DNA from: Candidatus Xenobia bacterium
Lineage (GTDB): Bacteria > Vulcanimicrobiota > Xenobia > Xenobiales > QWHO01
NCBI GenBank assembly: GCA_045863235.1
Contig: BTUM01000002.1
Span: 64,001-128,000, forward strand
Direction of reading: 5' to 3'
DNA length: 64,000 bases
Position 1 is the first letter of the stretch. Each line of letters opens with the position of its first letter. Below the pieces are notes generated by a model, which made no database searches, was not told the origin of the DNA, and saw nothing but the letters and a program-made list of their open reading frames with translations. The position numbers and the translations under genes are program-made. Shown here piece after piece: positions 57,038 to 64,000 of this stretch.

Positions 57038-58080
57038 AGCTTCTCGCGCTTGGTCAGCTTGTCGTTGATGTAGACCTCGACCTCCGAGCCTGGCAGCCCG
57101 GAAACCAGCAGCTTCATGGTATCTCCCGAGGCCTGGCGCCCATCAAAGACCGTGTCGGTGCCCACCCCGTTGTTCAAGAGCACGCTGACGCGCTGAGCGT
57201 CGGCCCCGGTGGGCACATCGATGGCCAGCTGCCGGGAGCGATAGGCACGACCCTCGGGCGGGCCGGCGCTCACCTCGAATTCGACCGGAGTGCGAGCCGA
57301 TACTTTGCTGCCGGGTGGAGGCCCCTGCTCGATCACCTCGCCCCTGGCCGCGACCTGGTGAAACTTCCAGGTGATCCCGCCCATCTGCAGGTCAGCCTTG
57401 GACAGGGCCGTGCTCACCGTGTAGATGGGCTTGCCTTTCAGGTTGGGCACCGGGGTCATGGCTTCGGGACCACCGCCCTTTTGCATCTTGACGTCCACCG
57501 TGGTGCCCTTCTTCACCTTCTTGCCGGGAGCGGGCTCTTGCTTGAGGACCTCCTCGGGCTTCTCCGGGTCGGGCTTGCTCCAGGTGACCTTCCCCAGCTT
57601 CAGGGCGTTGTTGGCCAGCTCGATCTCGACCTCGCGCAGCGACTTGCCCACCAGGTCAGGGACCTCCATCAGCTCCGGACCGAGGCTCACGACCACGAGA
57701 ATCTCGTTGCCCTCGCGCACCTTGCGCTTGGGAGCCGGGTTCTGGGAGATGATCTCTTTCTCGGGCTTGCCTGTGTAGCGCGACTCGTGAACCTGCAAGC
57801 GCAGCCCGATCTTGGCCAGCATTTCGTTGGCCTCCTCGACGGTCTTGCCGGTAATGACCGGCACTTCGACCTCCTCGGGGAGCTTGAAGTAGCTCTCGTA
57901 GATGGTCCAGCCGTAGATGAGCGAAAAGACCAGCGTGATGCCTACAGCCAGCACCAGGGCTATGGTCTTTAACGTTCCCACGGCAAACTCGGCCGGGGTT
58001 TCTTTCTCGAAAGGGATGCGTGGATCGAGCAACGGCCCCTGCTCGGCACCCCCCGAGGGCTGTTTCGGCTCGCTAGCCAA
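57034..58080 (-). CDS. Membrane-anchored protein with three PASTA domains
   Basis: One TM followed by VPVITG, VPDLVG and VPNLKG repeats. TTG 58080 chosen from GGAGG spacing. Confidence 0.88.
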   Translation of the reverse strand: MASEPKQPSGGAEQGPLLDPRIPFEKETPAEFAVGTLKTIALVLAVGITLVFSLIYGWTIYESYFKLPEEVEVPVITGKTVEEANEMLAKIGLRLQVHESRYTGKPEKEIISQNPAPKRKVREGNEILVVVSLGPELMEVPDLVGKSLREVEIELANNALKLGKVTWSKPDPEKPEEVLKQEPAPGKKVKKGTTVDVKMQKGGGPEAMTPVPNLKGKPIYTVSTALSKADLQMGGITWKFHQVAARGEVIEQGPPPGSKVSARTPVEFEVSAGPPEGRAYRSRQLAIDVPTGADAQRVSVLLNNGVGTDTVFDGRQASGDTMKLLVSGLPGSEVEVYINDKLTKREKL

Positions 58081-58161
58081 GATCAATCCTCCGGTTCAGG
58101 CAACTGTGAATGGACATTCTCCCTGTTGATGCGGTCTCCTGGCAGGAGCTTTGAATTTCTT

Positions 58162-60225
58162 TCAGCGAGGAACCCAGGGCGGCGCGGGCGAGGCCGGGGA
58201 TGGCTCAACTGGCGTCAGAACGGGATCGGGAGTGGGCAGCGGAGCACTCGGGTCGGAGACGTAGAGGTGCACCTGGGTGCCCGGAGACACCTCCATGCCC
58301 GAGTCGGGCTCCTGCCCGACCACCTCGCCCTCCGGGGCGGCCGAGTTGATCCGGCGCGTCTCCCCCAGCTTCAATCCGAGCTCCTCGAGCTGGTTGCGAG
58401 CATCGTCCTCGCCCAGGCCGCTGAGATTGGGAACCACCACGCTGGGATTGGTCTTGACCGTCACCGTGCTGCCCTTGAGCGGATCCCCGGGCAACGGATC
58501 CTGGAAGACCACCGAATCCTGGGGACTGCTCGGGCCTTCCACGACCAGTTTGAGGCCCGACCGGCGCGCGATCTCCTCGGCTTCCTTGAGCGACTTCCCC
58601 TCCAGATCGGGGGCTGTCATTCCCAGGGAGCCAGCCGACAGGATGACGGAGACCTTGCGGCCTTTCACAGCCAGCGTTCCAGGCGAGGGGAGCTGCTCGA
58701 GGATCGTGTCTTCGGGAGCGCTGGCATCCTGGCGGGTCCCCCCCACCACCAGGGTCATCTCCAGGCTCTTAAGCAGGAGCTCGGCCTCCTCGCGGCCCAT
58801 GCCGACCAGGTTGGGGACGGCCGTCTTGGCGGCCCCGGTCGAAATGTAGACCGTCACCTGGCTGCCGCGAGCGAGCTCTGCCCCGGCCGACGGGTCCTGG
58901 CGGATCACCCGGCCTCCCGGCACCGAGGCGCTTTCCTCGCGCTCGAGCAGCACGCGAAAGCCCAGGGTCTCAAGCGCCTCGACCGCCTGAGGCTCGGTTT
59001 TCCCCGCCAGGTCGGGCACGGTGACCCTCTCGGGCGCCTGGCTCACCACCACCCGGACGAAGTCACCTTGCTTGCGCAGTTCGCCGGGAGTCGGGTCCTG
59101 CTCGAGAACAGTGTCTTGCCCGGCCGCGGCGTCGGGACGACGCTCGGATACTTCCAGGCGCAAGCCGAGAGCCTCCGCCTTCTGGCGAGCGGCCCGGAGC
59201 TCGAGCCCGACCAGATCGGGCACCACCACGCTGGGGGGTGGCATCAGCAACATTCCGATCAGCACCGATACGACCGCCAGCAAGGCCAGCGCGCCAAGAA
59301 GATGGGGAGTCCGCGAGGGTGCCGCGGCACGAGGCTCGACGGGTGGGCGCACGGCCGGCTGGCGGACCCGGGTATGCTCGAGAATGGGGCCGGGTACGGG
59401 GGCCGAGCCCTCCTGGAGGGCCCGAGCCATCTCGCTGGCAGAATTGAAGCGATCCTCGGGACGCTTGGCCAGGGCCCGCAGGATGACCTGATCCAGCCCG
59501 GGAGGCACGGCAGGATTGATCTGCGAGGCGCTGGGAGGGCTCTCCTGGATGTGCTTGAGGGCCACCTGCACCGGGGTATCGCCGGTAAAGGGCAGCCGGC
59601 CGGTCAGCATCTCAAACAACAGCACTCCGGCTGCGTAGAGATCCGTGGGCGGGCCCGAGTCCTTCCCTTGAGCCTGCTCGGGAGACATGTAGCTGACCGA
59701 GCCGAGCATCTCGCCCGTCCGGGTCAAGGTATGGTCGCCCAGTGCCTGAGCCACGCCGAAATCCGAGACGCGAGCCGAGCCGTGGGCATCCAGCAGCACG
59801 TTGCGAGCCGACAGGTCGCGATGGACGACCCCGTTGGAATGGGCACACTCGAGAGCGGAGAGCACCTGGACCATCATGGCCACCGCCTGGGGGGGAGGCA
59901 GCGGGCCACGCTGCAGGCGCTGGCGCAAATCCTCGCCCGGAACCAGCTCCATGATCAAGTAGGGCTCATCGGGCTCATCGGAGGAGTCGTAGACCTGAAC
60001 GATGTTCGGGTGGTTGAGCTTGGCGGCGCTCTTTCCCTCGCGCACAAAACGCAGCCGCGCATCCTGGTCGCGAGCGATCTCAGGGCGCGGGATCTTGATG
60101 GCAACCTCGCGTCCGAGTTTGAGATCGCGACCGCGATAGACCTGAGACATCCCGCCCTCACCGAGCAGGCCCAGAACTTCATATCGGCCGCCCAGACGGC
60201 GCGGCTCCTGGTTTTCGCCAGCCAT
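58162..60225 (-). CDS. pknB: PknB/PrkC-type Hanks protein kinase with five PASTA domains
   Basis: LGEGGM, VAIK, HPNIV, HRDLSARN, DFG, GSVSYMSPE, a TM and five PASTA repeats. Confidence 0.88.
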   Translation of the reverse strand: MAGENQEPRRLGGRYEVLGLLGEGGMSQVYRGRDLKLGREVAIKIPRPEIARDQDARLRFVREGKSAAKLNHPNIVQVYDSSDEPDEPYLIMELVPGEDLRQRLQRGPLPPPQAVAMMVQVLSALECAHSNGVVHRDLSARNVLLDAHGSARVSDFGVAQALGDHTLTRTGEMLGSVSYMSPEQAQGKDSGPPTDLYAAGVLLFEMLTGRLPFTGDTPVQVALKHIQESPPSASQINPAVPPGLDQVILRALAKRPEDRFNSASEMARALQEGSAPVPGPILEHTRVRQPAVRPPVEPRAAAPSRTPHLLGALALLAVVSVLIGMLLMPPPSVVVPDLVGLELRAARQKAEALGLRLEVSERRPDAAAGQDTVLEQDPTPGELRKQGDFVRVVVSQAPERVTVPDLAGKTEPQAVEALETLGFRVLLEREESASVPGGRVIRQDPSAGAELARGSQVTVYISTGAAKTAVPNLVGMGREEAELLLKSLEMTLVVGGTRQDASAPEDTILEQLPSPGTLAVKGRKVSVILSAGSLGMTAPDLEGKSLKEAEEIARRSGLKLVVEGPSSPQDSVVFQDPLPGDPLKGSTVTVKTNPSVVVPNLSGLGEDDARNQLEELGLKLGETRRINSAAPEGEVVGQEPDSGMEVSPGTQVHLYVSDPSAPLPTPDPVLTPVEPSPASPAPPWVPR

Positions 60226-60532
60226 GGCGGCGCCATGTTCTGATCTTGAGCGATGAGTCCTCCCTCGCCCACGCACTCCAGCCCCCTGTAAGGTCTGTAC
60301 ACTTCTTGCAGGACCAAGGAAGGGGGAGAGGCTCCCTCGGTCAAACAGGGGGGCGGGGGAAGGACCCGCCGCGTACGGGTCGCGATCAGGCTTGTGTTTG
60401 GAGTAGCGCAGTGGCAGGGAGGTTCCCGGCAGATCCCGAACTTACTCAGCGGGGGAGAATGGCCAGCATTCTTCCTCTTATGTGCACCATGAAACTTGGC
60501 GGGCAGGCCCCCGCCTCTGGAAGGGAGATACG

Positions 60533-62671
60533 GTGACTCCCAAGTTTGGCTCTGGAAATCAGCAGCACAAGCCGCAGCTGCCCGCCAAAGGCACGGGTGG
60601 CTCTGGCCAGACGCCCACCGAAGGTGGGAAGCCCGGCGCTGCAACCTCCGGTCTGGTCCGAAAGGATGTTCCCTCGAAGAATCCCATGGCCGTCGAGGAG
60701 GGCGATAAGCCCATTTTCGGCGACATCCCCAAGGAGAATCTCGAGGAAGCTCTGGCCGAGGTGGATGCGGCGCTCGAGCAAAACCCCGACGACAAAGAAC
60801 TCCACATCCGCAAGTATCGCATCCTACGCAAGTCCAACGACCGCCCCGCAATGCGCGCCGCTCTGCAACAAGCGGCTCGGGTTTGCGGCGACTCCTTCTT
60901 CGGCGTCAAGCTGGCCGAGGCACTGGAAGAAGAAGGCTCTTTCACCAAGGCTCTCGAGTGGCGTCGGTGGGTGGCTCAGTTCACCCCCGAGGACCCCGAG
61001 ACAATCCGCCGCCTGGCGGCCACGGCCGTGCGAGCCGGGGCCCTGAAGACGGCCGAAGTCTCCTACACCAAACTGCTCGAGCTTCGGCAATCCGACGAAG
61101 CTCCGCTGGGCGGCACGTTCTACGAGGAGATGCTGGGCAAGGGACTGGAGACCGAAAAGCGCATCCAGCTCCACCAGATGGGCATCCGGCTGCTGGCCAA
61201 GGCGCTCGAGACCCGAGCCGACTCGCCTGCCCTGCTCGATTCGGCGGCTCGATTGAGCTACCGGGTCAAGGACATGGACGCCGCTCGGCTGTTCTTCGAG
61301 CGCTCTTTGAAGACCAACAGTGATCACAAGAATGCCCGCCAGTGGAAGGTCGAGCTGCTGCGGGTCTACTCCAACAAGGGCATGGTCAAGGAATGGCGTG
61401 CTCTCAACGACAGCATGATCGCCGAGTTGAAGGAGTATGTCAAAACCTATCGTGGCGACACGCGAGCCTGGCAGATCCTCACCAGCCAGTTGATTCAAGC
61501 GGGTGAGTTCGACGAGGCGATCCACTACCTCAAAGAAGCCCTGCTGTCCGACTCCAAGAACGCCCAGGCCCTGTGGGAACTGGGTCGACTCTACGTGCGT
61601 ATGGGCCGCTCCCAGGACGCGGTGGACTATTACGAAGAGATCATCAACGACCCCAACGAAAAGAAGTCGGTGCGCCGAGCCATCGAGCGCGCCCTGGCCG
61701 ATCTGTTCTTCAAGCTCGGTCGCTATCGGGAGGCCCTGGCCATCTATGATCGCGATCCCGAGGGCAACCTGCGCATGATTGCGCCCATCTACGAAGCCGT
61801 GGGGGATCTCGCCGAAGCCGAGAAACTGTACGTCAAGTCCGTCAAGCAGGCACCACGCGATGCGCGTTGCCACCTGGGGCTGGCCGAGTTCAAGGTTCGC
61901 CAGGAAGATTGGGCGATGGCCGCTGAAGCCGGTCGAGAAGGCCTGCGCTGCAGCTATGCCAACGAGGAAGTGCACTCCAACCTGGCGGTGGCTCTGGCCA
62001 CCGCCCAGATGAAGCTGGGTCAGGTCGAGGATGCCTTCAAGACCATGGAGGAGATCTGCGAGGCCTACCCTGACTCGATTCACCAGGTGTTCCGCAAGGT
62101 CAAGCTCATGGTGCGCCTGGGACGCAAAGAGGAAGCCCTGGAGCTGGCCGAGGAGGTACGCACCCAGGCTGAGCATCAAACCGGCTGCGCCCCGGCCTCG
62201 TCGGCCCTGTGGAGCCTGCTGGGCGACTGCTGCTCGCTGCTGGGCAACATCGGCGCGGCCGAGGAGGCTTATACCAACGCCTTGCGCTACGACTTCATGG
62301 ACTCGGTGGCCGTGCGCGGGCTGGGGATGGTGGCCGAGAAGCGCAACGACCTGCGCCGGGCGCTCGAGCTCTATCAGCGCTTCGTGGTGCTCGATCCCCT
62401 CAACCTGGCCGTGCCCACCATCAAGGGACGGATCGAGGAGCTGGTTGAAAAGGTCGGCCCACTGCCCGTCCCCGAGACGGCCGAGGAAGCCGCCGACACG
62501 ATGAGCGCCCAGGAAGATACCTGGACCCCACCGGCCCGGCCCGAAACGCCCGAGCCGGCTCCGGCGCCACCGCCGGCGCCCAAGCCCAAGCCTCAGCCTC
62601 CCCCGCCGCCCGATAACGCGACGCCCGAGGGATGGATGGGGACGGGCGAGGTGGACTGGTACCAGCAGTAA
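60533..62671 (+). CDS. TPR-containing protein with Pro-rich C-terminus
   Basis: GGGAG RBS and multiple TPR-like helices (ALWELGRLY, LWSLLGDCC, AVRGLGMVA). Confidence 0.85.
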   Translation: MTPKFGSGNQQHKPQLPAKGTGGSGQTPTEGGKPGAATSGLVRKDVPSKNPMAVEEGDKPIFGDIPKENLEEALAEVDAALEQNPDDKELHIRKYRILRKSNDRPAMRAALQQAARVCGDSFFGVKLAEALEEEGSFTKALEWRRWVAQFTPEDPETIRRLAATAVRAGALKTAEVSYTKLLELRQSDEAPLGGTFYEEMLGKGLETEKRIQLHQMGIRLLAKALETRADSPALLDSAARLSYRVKDMDAARLFFERSLKTNSDHKNARQWKVELLRVYSNKGMVKEWRALNDSMIAELKEYVKTYRGDTRAWQILTSQLIQAGEFDEAIHYLKEALLSDSKNAQALWELGRLYVRMGRSQDAVDYYEEIINDPNEKKSVRRAIERALADLFFKLGRYREALAIYDRDPEGNLRMIAPIYEAVGDLAEAEKLYVKSVKQAPRDARCHLGLAEFKVRQEDWAMAAEAGREGLRCSYANEEVHSNLAVALATAQMKLGQVEDAFKTMEEICEAYPDSIHQVFRKVKLMVRLGRKEEALELAEEVRTQAEHQTGCAPASSALWSLLGDCCSLLGNIGAAEEAYTNALRYDFMDSVAVRGLGMVAEKRNDLRRALELYQRFVVLDPLNLAVPTIKGRIEELVEKVGPLPVPETAEEAADTMSAQEDTWTPPARPETPEPAPAPPPAPKPKPQPPPPPDNATPEGWMGTGEVDWYQQ

Positions 62672-62674
62672 GCG

Positions 62675-62705
62675 GGAGACGGGAGCAATCCCGTCTCCTT
62701 CTCTT
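62675..62705 (+). terminator. Rho-independent terminator
   Basis: GGAGACGGGA-gcaa-TCCCGTCTCC followed by TTCTCTT, just after the stop codon. Confidence 0.8.
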
Positions 62706-62743
62706 ACAGGGCAAGCTCCCGGGGCGCGCGAAGCGAGCCTGCC

Positions 62744-64000
62744 ATGGCCCTGCAACCCGACGCCGCCGAGCGCATCCAGGAGATCGAGAAGCGCCTCAAG
62801 GACGAGCCTAAGAATGCCGAACTGGCGGTTACGCTGGGGGAAGCCTATCTGCGCATCGACCGGGTGGAGGACGCCGCCGCCGCTTACGCCCGCTCGGCCG
62901 AGCTCGACCCGCGCTCGGAGCTCAAGTCTCTCTACTGGGAGTGGCTGGGTGGTGTGCGCGAGGCCCGCGGTGAGCTGGAGGAGGCTCTGGAGGCCTACTT
63001 CAACTGGGCTGAGGCAGAGCCGGCCGGGGTCGAGCCACTCGATCGAGTGGGCACCCTGCTCGTGCGCCTGCAACGTTGGACCGACATCGTGCTGCTGCGG
63101 CCCCACTACCTGCGCCGGCGCGAGCAGCAAGGCGGCTCGGACCCACGCCTGAGCGAGTCGCTGGCTCTCTACGGGTTCGTGCTCGACCAGCTGGGCAGCC
63201 CGGAAGAGACCACTCCCCTGGAGCGCACCTACGGCGCGCTCGAGGAAGACGCACGCAGCGTGTCCATGCGCTACCTGCTGGGAGTGCTCTTCTATCGCAC
63301 CGAGCATCTGGAAGCGGCCCGGGCAGAATTCGAGCGCGTGCTGGAGCTGGATGTGGACGGCACCTGGCGCGAGGACCGCTTCTCGCTGCAATGGGACGCC
63401 TCGGCCGCGCGCCTCATGCTGGCTCGTATCGCGCGCCTGCAGGGCGATCCGGAGGAAGCGCTGAGTCAGCTCTCCGAGTCGCTCAAGACTCGAGACGACG
63501 ACGCCGAGCGTCTGGAAGAGGTCGCCTCGCTGCTGCTCGATTATCGCCGCTATCAAGAGGCTTTGAGGATTCTGCCCGAGCTTGGCGAGCAGGCCCCCGG
63601 CTGGGTGCACTCTTACCAGGCGGAAAGCTTGCTGGGCCTCGGCCGCATCCGGGAGGCCGAGGCAGCCTTCTTGAGCCAGCTCGAAGGCCCCACTGAAGAA
63701 GAGGACGAGCCCGAGCGCGCCATCGAGGCCGGCAACGGCAAGCACCAGACGGCGCTGGCCCGAGCCGAGGAGGAATTTGCCCGAGGCAAGCCGGCAGCCG
63801 CACTCAAGCTGTTTACCAGACTTCTGGAGGGAGGGGCGGCCTGGCCGGCCCTGTGGGGCGAGGCACGCTGCCTGGCCGAGTTGGAGCGATGGCCCCAGGC
63901 GCTGGAGAGCCTGGAGAAACTGCTCGCTCTTCGGCCCGGCCTGGAAGAGGGCTGGAGCTTGTTGGCCGAAGCCGCCCGCCACACCGGTCAGCCCCGCTTG
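62744..64000 (+). CDS. TPR-containing protein (3' truncated by window edge, absent from the ORF track)
   Basis: Frame open from ATG 62744: MALQPDAAERIQEIEKRLKDEPKNAELAVTLGEAYLRIDRVEDAAAAYARSAELDP... Confidence 0.85.
   Translation, partial: MALQPDAAERIQEIEKRLKDEPKNAELAVTLGEAYLRIDRVEDAAAAYARSAELDPRSELKSLYWEWLGGVREARGELEEALEAYFNWAEAEPAGVEPLDRVGTLLVRLQRWTDIVLLRPHYLRRREQQGGSDPRLSESLALYGFVLDQLGSPEETTPLERTYGALEEDARSVSMRYLLGVLFYRTEHLEAARAEFERVLELDVDGTWREDRFSLQWDASAARLMLARIARLQGDPEEALSQLSESLKTRDDDAERLEEVASLLLDYRRYQEALRILPELGEQAPGWVHSYQAESLLGLGRIREAEAAFLSQLEGPTEEEDEPERAIEAGNGKHQTALARAEEEFARGKPAAALKLFTRLLEGGAAWPALWGEARCLAELERWPQALESLEKLLALRPGLEEGWSLLAEAARHTGQPRL

Noticed and set aside
60824..63982. Very long antisense ORFs (also 11720-13978, 27206-29380, 34476-36407, 51786-54101, 58126-60243)
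   Set aside because: Shadow frames opposite well-supported genes. They are expected in high-GC DNA and show no recognisable motifs.

Overview
High-GC (about two-thirds G+C by eye), gene-dense bacterial chromosome segment with about 53 CDS. I found no rRNA, tRNA, CRISPR array, transposase or prophage. Gene content mixes Terrabacteria-type loci (maf-mreBCD-mrdA, PASTA kinase-rpe, DnaD-like winged helix) with diderm secretin/pilin-like domains. This would fit a Ca. Eremiobacterota (Xenobia)/Armatimonadota-like lineage, which is an unverified inference. Housekeeping genes include topoisomerase IV-type A and B subunits, LigD, an AddB-like nuclease, a 5'-3' exonuclease, deoB, ade, gloA, rpe, glycosyltransferases and many TPR proteins. 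The most unusual observations are: (1) a Cys/Pro/Gln-rich glycine-zipper protein with a WGDPH (DUF1521/MIIA-type) autocleavage motif; (2) a candidate structured ncRNA behind a near-consensus sigma70 promoter; (3) an AGG-N18/19-GAA (sigmaH-like) promoter motif in front of about 15 genes, many apparently leaderless; (4) a PknB-type kinase with a Tyr-kinase-like HRDLSARN catalytic loop; (5) a prokaryotic RING finger fused to a pilin-like domain; (6) an MreB with an actin-like Gln in place of the catalytic Glu; (7) a MerR-HTH/VIT-vWA pair with an 18-bp palindrome in its promoter.
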